Assembly: GCA_963778115.1 (NCBI GenBank)
Contig: CAVZSV010000004.1
Location: 1,888,001 to 1,952,000, forward strand
Direction: 5' to 3'
DNA: 64,000 nucleotides
From: an uncultured delta proteobacterium
GTDB taxonomy: Bacteria; Bdellovibrionota; FAC87; UBA2466
Below, one piece after another: positions 42,691 through 52,409 of this stretch. The stretch's first letter is position 1. Each line of letters begins with the position of its first letter. The notes below the pieces were generated by a model that was given only the letters and a program-made list of their open reading frames with translations, was not told where the DNA came from and did not search any database. Position numbers and translations under genes: made by a program.

Positions 42691-44094
42691 TTAGCCCTGA
42701 GGCGCTTTCGCGGTCAGATCGAGAACCAACTTATGAAAAAACTCCAAGCCTGGCCGAATACTCGCTACCGGAATGCGCTCGTCAATGCCGTGGGCCCTGC
42801 GAGAATCAAATTCGGTCTGAGCAATGGGGTGGATGCCATAACATGAACGTTTGTCAGTTCTCAAATAGCGAGAATCCGTGGCACCTCTGGCTAAAAATGG
42901 AATAACGGGAACTCCAGGCATCGTCTCTTTGACGGCTCTTTTTAGAGAATCAACGAAATCCGATTTCAAAGTGGACATCCCTCCCTGGGAGAATTCTCCC
43001 ACCGGGACTATCTCAATTTGTTCATCTCCAATGGCTTTACGGAGGTTTTTTATCACCTCCGCTAAAGACTCATCGGGCAAGATACGGCAATTGATATTGG
43101 CTTCAACCGCCGCCGGGAGTGCATTGACCCGGTTTCCCCCCGCTATCGTTGTAGCAACACACGTCGTTCTTAGGGTTGCCGCCAACGCTGGATTTTTATC
43201 GATTTCACGAAGGGCGGATTTCGGAAGAGCTCCTTGCGCCATCGCTATCTTTTTCATCGCTGCTTGAAGGGCCAAAGGTTCGAAGTCGGCTCTCTCGCGA
43301 AAAAACTCCCGCGATACCGGAAGGAGTCGGGCCGGCCACTGATATTGTCCTAGTTTCGTCAGGGCGCGAGCCATGCGATAGATGGCATTGTCAGGAAGGG
43401 GAACGGAAGCGTGACCTGAAGTTCCTTTGGCTCTGAGTTCGAAATCTTGATAAGTCTTTTCGGCAACCTGCAGACCAATGTACTTCACCGCAGTTCCCTT
43501 ATCGTTTAGCACCAATCCCCCTCCTTCATTGAGCACGATTTCGGCGTCCACGGACGCAGGATTGGTCTTGAGCAGATAGCGGATGCCAGCCCCACCCGAC
43601 TCCTCATCACCCGTTAGCGCCAAAATGACATCACGGCGCAAGGGAACTCCTTCGCGCTTGAGAAGCAGAAAAATTTCAAGATTGGCAGCAGCCATTCCCA
43701 AATCGTCTCCGGCCCCTCTGCCGTACAGGTAGCCCTCTCTCTCTATCAGCACATGCGGATCCGTAGACCACTTCTGATTTTGGGTACCTACGACATCGAT
43801 GTGGGCTAGCAGAAGAACAGGTCTCTGCTCCCCTGTCCCCTTAAGTCTTGCGACGATATTTTGCCTACCTGGGGCGAACTCGGAAATTTCATAGGCAATA
43901 TTTTCGGCCTTTAATCGCTCGGCCACCAGACGAACTATCCTGGCCTCATTTCCAGGAGGGCTTTCGGTGTCTGCGGCCACCATCGTCTTTAACGTTTCAC
44001 GATAATCCTTCGCTAGGGAATCAAAATCCACCGCAGCGGGGAGCGGTAATGGAAACAGACTTCCGATTAGAAATAGTAAAAGTAAATGCCTCAT
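42691..44094 (-). CDS. M20/M25/M40 family metallopeptidase (ArgE/DapE-like), secreted
   Basis: LAHIDVV, GRGAGDD, DEESGG, NEGG, GATDSR, AHGIDER. Confidence 0.9.
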   Translation of the reverse strand: MRHLLLLFLIGSLFPLPLPAAVDFDSLAKDYRETLKTMVAADTESPPGNEARIVRLVAERLKAENIAYEISEFAPGRQNIVARLKGTGEQRPVLLLAHIDVVGTQNQKWSTDPHVLIEREGYLYGRGAGDDLGMAAANLEIFLLLKREGVPLRRDVILALTGDEESGGAGIRYLLKTNPASVDAEIVLNEGGGLVLNDKGTAVKYIGLQVAEKTYQDFELRAKGTSGHASVPLPDNAIYRMARALTKLGQYQWPARLLPVSREFFRERADFEPLALQAAMKKIAMAQGALPKSALREIDKNPALAATLRTTCVATTIAGGNRVNALPAAVEANINCRILPDESLAEVIKNLRKAIGDEQIEIVPVGEFSQGGMSTLKSDFVDSLKRAVKETMPGVPVIPFLARGATDSRYLRTDKRSCYGIHPIAQTEFDSRRAHGIDERIPVASIRPGLEFFHKLVLDLTAKAPQG

Positions 44095-44157
44095 AAATAC
44101 CCCTTCCCTGGATGAAATGCTTAACTAGAAACATTGTCAAAGGGACATATGTCTCTA

Positions 44158-45954
44158 TTAGAAAGGATAGCGCGCTCTGAGGGCCTGGCATCCTGCGATC
44201 CATCGCAAAGGGGTGCTGCCATCCTCTAAAGCGATTTGGATTTCATGACTCATTTCATTTCCTTCGACATCGCCTTTGGAAGATAGATATTCAGCCGCAC
44301 TTTTAAACGCGAGTGGAAACGCACTAAAAAGATACCGCCCATATAGAAAGCTCTGGGTTGGCCGGGGAGACGATAGGTTCTCCAGCAAAGGACAAAGTTT
44401 GAGCGCCGCTCTCAACGTATCTTCCGACTGGGCATCTTTCATAGAGCGCGCGGCAAACCAAAAGAGTCCCTTCTGCACGATAGGAGTGGGAGCTCCACTT
44501 AAGAGACCCGGGTTACTAATCATGATCGAAAACCCTCTGGCATAAGCATACCCTACTAATTGCTTCGCATTGTGCACGGAATCTAAGTCAAATAATTTCA
44601 GTCGCCGCTCTATCAGGGGAACGGCGCGCGCCACACTCCAAGGATATTCGCCCGTGACAGGAAAGCGAACCCCCTCCTTGGTCGGAATTCCATAAAAGAG
44701 ATCCAGATCATTTCCCGCGATAAAAATGGCTTTAGGATCAGCGGAAAGAGCGAGTCCGTCACGATAGAGATCGCAGGTCGAATCGCTTGACGCATCGGCA
44801 GTGTCGTAGCTTAAAAAGGCGAGACAGATCGACGCAATCACCAAGGCTCCTCGTAATATGGGAGCAATTTTAGTGCCGGCCAAATTTAAGAGCCACTCGC
44901 AGCCAAATCCAAACAGAATGGCAAGAGCTGAAACAAACGGGACGTGATACCTTTCCAGATAAGCCTCGGCAACAAATCCAGAGGGGCCTAATTCCGCAGT
45001 TCTAAGAAAGATAAGATTGAGAATCGCTACTGCCGCGAAGCCCATCGCAAGTCCCCACCGGTTCTTTTGAATGAGCCTAATCCAACCCAACAAGGGAAGG
45101 ATCCCCACTACTTTAAACGTCGCCCAATAACGATGGATGAAAACCGTGAGCGCGCTTAAGTTCACCCCTTCGGTACTTGAAGTCTTTGGCTGGAGCAAAT
45201 GAAAGTCTCGTCGTAAAACCAGATTAACAAGATCGGAAATCGTTTGAATCTTTCCCCAATCGGGCCATGCGTTGGGAGTGGTAAGTAAAAATAAGCTAAA
45301 ATACAGACTTACTGCCACACCGACGACACTGAAAAGGGCAACGCCTGTTCTGCCCATCCGTCCTTTAGGATCGCGCAGGAGAAGAAAAAATGAGCTCACA
45401 AAGAAAGGGGCCATTAGCACGCTGACCGGATGCTGGGCAAAGGCAAGACCCGTCACCACTCCCCACGCGACGCCGTCCGCTTTGGTGAGTCGGGGTTTGC
45501 GACTAAAGCATAAAAACTGCCAGACGAATAAAAGAAAGAACAGTGTGGTGAGTCCATATTTTTCCGGCTGCACGAACAGATACCAACTGGTCGGAAAAAA
45601 GCAAAAGGTCGCCATCGCAAACACACTAGCCGCCCACGGCAAGCCTTCGGAGAGTAGAATCGCTAGCAGAACATTGGCCGCCACGATACTGCTCAACGAC
45701 GACAACAGAGCTAGTCGAACCGCGTGGGGACCCCATGGAAGTAAAATAAAAATACGATCCAGCCAAGCCTGCAACGGATAGCCTGGAGGATGCAAAATGC
45801 CTCCCGAAAGCGAGGCCATGATCATCTCAGCCCCATCCGGGTTCTGAGGAGCGCGCGCCAGCATCGGCAGTTGAATCGATAGCAAAAGCAGTGAAGTCAC
45901 ACCATGAAGCAAGGCTCGTTTTCGGGAAGAGAGAACGGGGGGAGGCATTGTCAT
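44158..45954 (-). CDS. DUF2723/TMEM260-like GT-C membrane glycosyltransferase
   Basis: DGAEM...GILHPPGYPL motif, EKY, multiple TMs, GND motif in the C-terminal soluble domain. Confidence 0.72.
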   Translation of the reverse strand: MTMPPPVLSSRKRALLHGVTSLLLLSIQLPMLARAPQNPDGAEMIMASLSGGILHPPGYPLQAWLDRIFILLPWGPHAVRLALLSSLSSIVAANVLLAILLSEGLPWAASVFAMATFCFFPTSWYLFVQPEKYGLTTLFFLLFVWQFLCFSRKPRLTKADGVAWGVVTGLAFAQHPVSVLMAPFFVSSFFLLLRDPKGRMGRTGVALFSVVGVAVSLYFSLFLLTTPNAWPDWGKIQTISDLVNLVLRRDFHLLQPKTSSTEGVNLSALTVFIHRYWATFKVVGILPLLGWIRLIQKNRWGLAMGFAAVAILNLIFLRTAELGPSGFVAEAYLERYHVPFVSALAILFGFGCEWLLNLAGTKIAPILRGALVIASICLAFLSYDTADASSDSTCDLYRDGLALSADPKAIFIAGNDLDLFYGIPTKEGVRFPVTGEYPWSVARAVPLIERRLKLFDLDSVHNAKQLVGYAYARGFSIMISNPGLLSGAPTPIVQKGLFWFAARSMKDAQSEDTLRAALKLCPLLENLSSPRPTQSFLYGRYLFSAFPLAFKSAAEYLSSKGDVEGNEMSHEIQIALEDGSTPLRWIAGCQALRARYPF

Positions 45955-46049
45955 TAGAATACCGGACTCAAGTCCAATGGGCGGATTTAAATTAAGGTTA
46001 ATCTTAAGATTAATCCTTAAGGTTCCTATTCGCTCTTAGCGAAAACGAA

Positions 46050-46122
<73 letters not shown>

Positions 46123-46189
46123 ATAAGGGGGGATTTTGGCAAAGTCTGAGACACTTGTAAAATTGAAATTGGGGAAGAGACGATTAAAG

Positions 46190-46504
46190 CTAATCTTTTC
46201 CGTATTCCCCCTTCACTTTCGCGATTCGAACGCGATAAGTCGAATACCAACACGTCTTCCCCCTTTTTTGGGCGATTTTGTGTCGAAAGTGGCTTTTCCA
46301 AACGGCTATCGACTCGCGAGAGGTCCAGTAGGAGACGGTGATGCCAGCCCCTTTTGCCCCCCGCACGCTGTCGATTCCCAAAAAGCCCTCCTGTTGGGAT
46401 GCTAGTGCTTCCATCTCGCAGGCCATGCTTTCGTATTGCTCGTCTTGGGGATCGGCCTCTTTTAGCGTCGAGGTGAAGATAACCGCATAATAGCAACGTT
46501 TCAT
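46190..46504 (-). CDS. Antibiotic biosynthesis monooxygenase (ABM) family protein
   Basis: YYAVIFTS, A.QQ.GFLG..S.R, GITVSYW.S...I..WK...H..AQ..G...WY..Y.VR. Confidence 0.88.
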   Translation of the reverse strand: MKRCYYAVIFTSTLKEADPQDEQYESMACEMEALASQQEGFLGIDSVRGAKGAGITVSYWTSRESIAVWKSHFRHKIAQKRGKTCWYSTYRVRIAKVKGEYGKD

Positions 46505-47499
46505 GGCTCTAAAACAGGGGGCGAAGCGACCAGCTTCTCCAATTCGTCGATAAGCCGCTTCTCAACGTGAATCCCCATGACACCATTGATCTGGTGGGTG
46601 CCTGAGGGACAGGTGATGTTCACTTCATTAAGATGATCCCCGATAAAATCCAACCCTAATAAGTAGAGCCCTTTGGGAGCTAGCTCCTTAGCTACCGCAA
46701 GGGATGCCTCCACTTGGCGTGGCGTAGGCTCAAAATGATGAGCAGAGGCACCCGCGTGGGTATTAGCAATGCGACTTCCGGGTTTAGGCTTTCTCAAGTA
46801 ATGACCAATGATTTTCTGATTCATGACCAAGATACGAAGATCCCCGATGGTTTCGATCTCCTTCAAGAAGGGCTGTATGACCGCATGAGGTTTCCATTTT
46901 TCCCAGAAACGCTCGATATCTACTTCGGGGCTTGTCGGCGAGAAAAAGGTGATTCCCACTCCGCCAAACCAGTGAACGGGTTTAGCTACCGTCTCTCCAG
47001 GAGCCGTGCGGATGGCTTTCACAAAATCTTGGTATGAAGTGAGATAGCAAGTGGGAGTTGCATACTGGGGAAATCGCATCGGCAGTAAGTGCTCGGAATA
47101 CTCTCTCGTATACGCCGGATTATTGATCTGAACGATAGAAGACGGCGCGTGAGTAAATTGATTCGCGTGGCCCAAATAAGTTTCGTCTACGGGAGGATCT
47201 TTTCTTTGTAAGATGGCCGCATAGCGATTCACCGGCTCTTCCCTCACCGGCCCCAAAGTGAAAGGAAGCTTTTGATCGATAGATACTTTTTGGATCTTCC
47301 TTACCGAGAGGTGAGCCAAATAGTCTGGAGGAGACCTTCGAAAGTCCATCTTCCTTAGCTCGCAGAAATCAACCTCGTGCCCGCGAGACAAAAGTTCGTA
47401 CGCTAACAAGGCTCCGGTGTCATCATTGGGAACTAGAATTTCATTCGGCTCTCCGGCCAGCAAACACCGGAATGGTTTCGAGTGTGACTTCGTATTCAT
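46501..47499 (-). CDS. gshB: Glutathione synthetase-like ATP-grasp ligase
   Basis: QRKDPPVD, NNP, AKP, QPFL.EI..GD.RIL, LLGLDFIG, EVNITCPSG. Confidence 0.75.
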   Translation of the reverse strand: MNTKSHSKPFRCLLAGEPNEILVPNDDTGALLAYELLSRGHEVDFCELRKMDFRRSPPDYLAHLSVRKIQKVSIDQKLPFTLGPVREEPVNRYAAILQRKDPPVDETYLGHANQFTHAPSSIVQINNPAYTREYSEHLLPMRFPQYATPTCYLTSYQDFVKAIRTAPGETVAKPVHWFGGVGITFFSPTSPEVDIERFWEKWKPHAVIQPFLKEIETIGDLRILVMNQKIIGHYLRKPKPGSRIANTHAGASAHHFEPTPRQVEASLAVAKELAPKGLYLLGLDFIGDHLNEVNITCPSGTHQINGVMGIHVEKRLIDELEKLVASPPVLEP

Positions 47500-47570
47500 G
47501 GAGTTAACCGTTTTCCTCGGGCTTCCTTGGCCTCATTGGGCTTTCTCACGGTCCTTCTAGGGCGATTTTA

Positions 47571-48311
47571 ATGGAACATTATAACGCTTTGCGTTATATT
47601 AGCCTTACGTTTATGAACCGTAAACCTTCGAATTCCTCCCAGATAGACCAAACTCGAGACCTTTTGTCGACTGGGGAAAGAACGCTATTTGCGGCACCCG
47701 AAGGGGCCAAAATGCTTCAAAATTCTGGGTTCAAGACCTCTTTTTTCACGTTGGCTCAAAATTTTGAGCCCCAACGAGACCGCTTTTGCTGCGGTATTGC
47801 AACGGCGGTTATCGTACTCAATTCTCTGGCCGGCCGGAACGAATATTCTCAAACCAAAATTTTAGATAAGGTCTCATTAGGAATCAAACCTTTAGAGGCC
47901 GTGTTACATAAGGACGGTGGACTGACCCTGTCTGAGCTTTCCCAGCTACTCAGATCCGTGGGAGCTATCGCCAAGACTATCGTTTGCGAACGGCATGAGG
48001 AAAATGCGCTAACCACTTTCAAGAGTGATCTCATGCGCTGCCTCTCCACCGCCAATCAGTTTGTAGTGGCAAACTTTGATTCGGCTCTATTGGTGGGATC
48101 GGGAAGCGGGCACTTTTCTCCTCTGGGAGCTTTCGATCAATCGACTCAATCGGTACTTGTCATGGATACGGGAAGACACCGCACTCCGTGGTATTGGGTG
48201 TCGATCGAAAAGCTTTATCGCGCCATGAACACGACAGATGGTGAAAGTTGGCGAGGATATCTCATCGTTCAGTCCGAAACACCTGAAGCTATCGCAAAGA
48301 ACCGGATTTAG
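47571..48311 (+). CDS. Prokaryotic phytochelatin synthase family protein (start may be 47613)
   Basis: Q....CCGIAT.VIVLNSL, GHFSPLGAFD, LVMDT, PWYWV, RGYL; Cys-His-Asp triad present. Confidence 0.85.
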   Translation: MEHYNALRYISLTFMNRKPSNSSQIDQTRDLLSTGERTLFAAPEGAKMLQNSGFKTSFFTLAQNFEPQRDRFCCGIATAVIVLNSLAGRNEYSQTKILDKVSLGIKPLEAVLHKDGGLTLSELSQLLRSVGAIAKTIVCERHEENALTTFKSDLMRCLSTANQFVVANFDSALLVGSGSGHFSPLGAFDQSTQSVLVMDTGRHRTPWYWVSIEKLYRAMNTTDGESWRGYLIVQSETPEAIAKNRI

Positions 48312-49426
48312 CGAAGCGTCGGATAGCCGCCGGCGGGAGCGTTCCACGTATTGGTGAAATCCCAACTCGTAAACGTTGCCGCCGTTTGCATGGCTGCGGT
48401 AGCTTCACCGGTTCCGCCGGAGCTAGTAGCCCGGCTCGAAGTGGTGGTATCCCAGTAGGAACTTGTGATAGCTCCTCCGCTATTTAGACCGATAAGGCCA
48501 CCCAAATTAGTTCCCGTTCCGTTAGTCGCTCCTGAGGCGAAACAATCTTGAACCGGACCTGTCGAATACCCGATGAGCCCGCCTACTTCGTCAGCTCCTT
48601 GAACCGATCCGGTGGCGTACGAGTTTTCAATCGTTCCTCCGATATTAGTTCCGACAAGTCCGCCAGCGCCAAAATTTCCGCTGTTATTGGCACCCGAAGT
48701 AGTTGCTACTACCGTTCCTGTCGCAAAGGAGGTTTGAATGGTTCCTTCGTTATGTCCGACTAATCCACCGATATCTTCTAGGCCAGTCAGATTTACCGCA
48801 GCTTTGGAATGCGAAATCATTCCTAAATTGATGCTGACCAGTCCACCAACGAACCAGTAGATGTCATTATCCGAATCCAAAGTGGCTGAAGCCATCCCGT
48901 TAATAGAACCTTGAGCGCTACAGTTTGAAACCGTGCCGCCGGATAGATTAGTCCCCACCAAAGGAGCGGGTCGTGCGGCACCGAGCGGAGTCATGTTCAC
49001 ATTGATTAGATTCACGTTTGAGATCGTTCCTGCGTTTGTCACAAAAAGCGGGCCTGAGTTAACCCAATTGGAGATCTTGTGACCATTGCCGTTAAAAGTG
49101 CCGGTCATTGTAATCATGGGAGAGAAACTTAATCCCGACAAATCTAAATCTGCCGTCATGACCACATTTTGCGACCAATAAAGCGGATTGGCGGAATAAG
49201 CGTAGAAATGGCAAAACTGACTTATCTGATAAGGACTGCCAGAGGTTCCGTTTCCGCCAGCAAACGCGGGATTGGACGAGGGGCAAAGAGAGGCTGCCTG
49301 AACTGCTGTGACATCCGGGCTAGAGTTAAAACTCGAAGGAGAGTTCGAATTGGTCGATCCGCAACAGGTAATGAAAAAGATCATCCCGAGCGGGAGAAGG
49401 CGATTTAATGTTTTTTGTAACTTCAT
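48308..49426 (-). CDS. GLUG-motif repeat lipoprotein
   Basis: Lipobox-like ITCC; GNGTSGSPYQI, FNGNGHKISN, repeated GGLVG.N.G motifs, F..WDF...W....YP.L end. Confidence 0.8.
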   Translation of the reverse strand: MKLQKTLNRLLPLGMIFFITCCGSTNSNSPSSFNSSPDVTAVQAASLCPSSNPAFAGGNGTSGSPYQISQFCHFYAYSANPLYWSQNVVMTADLDLSGLSFSPMITMTGTFNGNGHKISNWVNSGPLFVTNAGTISNVNLINVNMTPLGAARPAPLVGTNLSGGTVSNCSAQGSINGMASATLDSDNDIYWFVGGLVSINLGMISHSKAAVNLTGLEDIGGLVGHNEGTIQTSFATGTVVATTSGANNSGNFGAGGLVGTNIGGTIENSYATGSVQGADEVGGLIGYSTGPVQDCFASGATNGTGTNLGGLIGLNSGGAITSSYWDTTTSSRATSSGGTGEATAAMQTAATFTSWDFTNTWNAPAGGYPTLR

Positions 49427-49441
49427 ACGTTCTCCATCTCT

Positions 49442-50479
49442 CTAGTTCGAATTCGTCTGTTCTGAATAGTTCACCGAAATAACGGCTCCGTTCGCGGGAA
49501 CGGAGCTCCCATTAAAGATGACCGAATTGGTCGTAGAGTCATACGTCCATCCGTTATCTTGAGAATAAGGAATCAGAACCGAATTCACATAGACCTGAAT
49601 TCCTTCGCCGTTGGATTGCTGAGAGAGAGGAAAAGTGGTTCCTCTATCCGCCAAGGTCTGCGCGATGTTGTTCATGCTGGTTCCAATATCGGAAAGACAG
49701 ATACTTCCGCTCTTGCTAAAGCCGCCCATTTTTTGCGCAATCTCTTGGTAGCGAGTGCCGACACGCTCCACGACACAGTCGCTATTAGCCATACCCACCA
49801 CCGGGAAAACCGTAACGTCGGTATTTTGCGGTTTTTTGTAATTTTCGAAAAAGCTTAGAAAGTATCCGGTGTCATAGAGAATAGCGTCGGGGTTATTTTC
49901 GGGCTGAATTCCCGAACAGGAGGTAATTCCGCTCGACATTTGTTTACAAGACCAGTCATCATCATCTGACATTAGAATGACAACCAGGGGAACTCCGTTC
50001 CTGATGAATGTACTTCCGGAGTTATTAATCGCGGCATAGGCACTAATAAGCCCCTGTTCCCAGAAACTGGTGTTGGTATCCGTAATGGTATTTACAATCG
50101 CGGCAAAATCCGCTGAAGGGCTGGCGGAAGTGCTTTTCACCACGTTCAGTCCGCCAGTCGCCGTGATTAGCGCACCAGCTGTCGTGAACCAGTCGACGTT
50201 GGTCACCGCCATTTGGTAATCGACCGCTTTGCGACTATTAAGTACCGTCAAAAAGCTTTGGATATTATCGGCAACATATTGCCGCTTGGGATCCATACTG
50301 GGAGAGTTGTCCAGTACCCAGAGAAAATCGTAGGAATCTACGTTATACAGTTGAACAAAGGTGTCGCTTGCCTGGGTATTAGCGTAGAAACTCTGTTTGT
50401 CAGCGCATCTTGCTAAAACCAACACCGCAGCGATTGCGATCGCTGCAATTCCGAAAGTTCTTTTTATTTCGACCCTCAT
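49442..50479 (-). CDS. vWA (MIDAS)-like lipoprotein
   Basis: LARC lipobox, DFLWVLDNSPSM (DxSxS), VILMSDDDD, GSIC; start set at MRVEIK behind AGAGGTAGGA. Confidence 0.72.
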   Translation of the reverse strand: MRVEIKRTFGIAAIAIAAVLVLARCADKQSFYANTQASDTFVQLYNVDSYDFLWVLDNSPSMDPKRQYVADNIQSFLTVLNSRKAVDYQMAVTNVDWFTTAGALITATGGLNVVKSTSASPSADFAAIVNTITDTNTSFWEQGLISAYAAINNSGSTFIRNGVPLVVILMSDDDDWSCKQMSSGITSCSGIQPENNPDAILYDTGYFLSFFENYKKPQNTDVTVFPVVGMANSDCVVERVGTRYQEIAQKMGGFSKSGSICLSDIGTSMNNIAQTLADRGTTFPLSQQSNGEGIQVYVNSVLIPYSQDNGWTYDSTTNSVIFNGSSVPANGAVISVNYSEQTNSN

Positions 50480-50520
50480 ACGTCCTACCTCTGGAGTTAG
50501 AGTCATTGCCCGATTCAATT

Positions 50521-50548
50521 ATATCGACGCATTGAGTCGTATAGTTTG
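50521..50548 (-). promoter_or_regulatory. Possible sigma28-like promoter
   Basis: Minus strand CAAA-N16-GTCGATAT; weaker match than the two sites at 29.4-29.8 kb. Confidence 0.35.
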
Positions 50549-50728
50549 TAGACAAAATTAGGGGGGTGCTTTGCCGAGTCATGTCACTGTTACGAATAGG
50601 ATTCTTCGCAATGTCATTTTATTCTCAACATGAAGCGCATATTTGTTTCCGCGAATTCATTGAGAAAAATTCCTTTCGCTTTGGAAGGAGCGGTCCGTCG
50701 ACTAAAATGAAGCCATAAGGGAGGAATC

Positions 50729-51070
50729 ATGAAGCAAACCACTTTTTTGCTGTTAGCCATACTCTTTCTCATCTCAAGCCATGCTCACGCTGATATTCAT
50801 TGCGTCGCTAAAGTAGCTTTGAACAATTCTTACGATGTGGTGCTGACCAATAGCACTTCACCAGCGACGCTTACCGTAAAGACCGCGGACGGTTTTCAAT
50901 ACTCGGGAGCGGCCACTTTTGCCATTCGCCCGGACACCGGCATGAACGAGTACTATCTGCCCATCACTTGGGATCAATCTATTTTGGTTCAGATTCAAAA
51001 TGGAGATACGAGCGAACTGGCGCTGTGTCTGTCGCAGTCGGAGTGTTATTTGTGTAAGGCGGTACAATAG
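50729..51070 (+). CDS. Hypothetical secreted protein (4 Cys)
   Basis: GGAGG RBS, signal peptide ending AHA. Confidence 0.7.
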   Translation: MKQTTFLLLAILFLISSHAHADIHCVAKVALNNSYDVVLTNSTSPATLTVKTADGFQYSGAATFAIRPDTGMNEYYLPITWDQSILVQIQNGDTSELALCLSQSECYLCKAVQ

Positions 51071-51241
51071 CCTCCCACGCAGGCTCAAGATCCTAGTCTT
51101 GAACATGAATCTGAACGCAATACCTAGACCTGGGCGTGAGCCTGATCGTTTTCGTTACCTTACCCAAGGGACGGCTGGCGCAAGCCTCTCTGAAATGTTA
51201 TTTCCTTCACAAGAAGTAATGACCCGAGAGGAATCTTCGCC

Positions 51242-51601
51242 GTGTCCCCTGCTAAATTAGTCTACTCTTCCGATCCTAAACTAAACGAGAAATGTCCGCG
51301 TTGTGGAGAGGTTAAATCTGAATGTACCTGTCCCAAGGAGCCCACACTCAAAAAATCCAATTTTGTAGCCCTTCTAAGCATCGAAAAGACCGGGAGGTCG
51401 GGCAAGACGGTCACTATCATTGATGGCCTGCCCAAAATTAATATCTTTCTTAAAGATCTCACCAAGGAGCTCAAGAATCGCTGTGGATCTGGAGGAACTT
51501 TCCATCTTGATGGCAAAGAAGGAAAGATCGAGATCCAGGGTGATAAACGTGAACTCATTCGCTCTGTGCTCAACCAAAAAGGTTATAAGGTCAAAGGCTA
51601 G
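51242..51601 (+). CDS. yciH: Translation initiation factor SUI1/YciH
   Basis: LVYSSD, CPRC...C.C, GRSGKTVTIIDGL, LK.RCGSGGT, IEIQGD. Confidence 0.9.
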   Translation: MSPAKLVYSSDPKLNEKCPRCGEVKSECTCPKEPTLKKSNFVALLSIEKTGRSGKTVTIIDGLPKINIFLKDLTKELKNRCGSGGTFHLDGKEGKIEIQGDKRELIRSVLNQKGYKVKG

Positions 51602-51603
51602 CC

Positions 51604-52215
51604 TTAGTGGCCAAGCCCACCGATACTGACGGAATAGTCACGGCCACCTTCACCAGAAAAATCGGGCACCAGAACATACCGCTGCAGATCTTTTTCCGAG
51701 AAGGGAAGGTCATTTTTGCCGAGCAGCCCTTCCGGAAGGGACGATGGATCGACATAGTCAATTCGCATCTGATCTAAAAATCTCTGGCTGTTTCGAGACA
51801 CCACCAAGAACGGCAGAAAAGAGACTCTCGCTTGCAAAAGCATATTATCTCCGTGAGCGCTCGTCGCTAGCCCCCGTCGATAGCTTAAAATCGAATTCGG
51901 AAGACGCAATCTAACCATCTGAATCTTAGGTTCCGCACGTAACGTCCGAAAGATCTCAGCTTGATAGCGTTTGTAAAACTCGGCGGGGCTTTGAATTTGA
52001 GCTTCGATACTCTGTGCACTCTTATCGCGAGTGACTCCGCTTCCTAGGACTAGTCCCGCCAAAAACACGACCATGGCCGCAAAGACAAGAGCGGCTTCCG
52101 CGAAAAAGGGAATGGTGGGTTTTTGCGAAGGTCGGGAGAAGGGACTATTTCTGTGACTCTGATGACTTTGATGACTTTGATGACTTTGATGACTTTGATG
52201 ACTTTGATACCACAT
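51604..52215 (-). CDS. Hypothetical single-pass membrane protein with N-terminal (QSH)6 repeat
   Basis: GGAGGT RBS 5 nt before ATG; one TM segment. Confidence 0.65.
   Translation of the reverse strand: MWYQSHQSHQSHQSHQSHQSHRNSPFSRPSQKPTIPFFAEAALVFAAMVVFLAGLVLGSGVTRDKSAQSIEAQIQSPAEFYKRYQAEIFRTLRAEPKIQMVRLRLPNSILSYRRGLATSAHGDNMLLQARVSFLPFLVVSRNSQRFLDQMRIDYVDPSSLPEGLLGKNDLPFSEKDLQRYVLVPDFSGEGGRDYSVSIGGLGH
52153..52206. repeat. 9-bp tandem repeat x6 (ATGACTTTG)
   Basis: Five perfect copies and one variant (GTGACTCTG). Confidence 0.95.
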
Positions 52216-52409
52216 CGAACACCTCCAAGCTCCTCCCTTCGTTCGTCTATTAAAATAAAAGCAAGTCCCAGACCAAGTTCGGGGCCTAAAGACTATTCGG
52301 GGAATAGATGATCTTTAGCGCAAAAGGATTTTTTTCAGATCGACGACTTTAGGAATGCACTGAAGCTTGTTCGAGTTTTCGATGATGTCGAATCAACACT
52401 CAATCCGCC

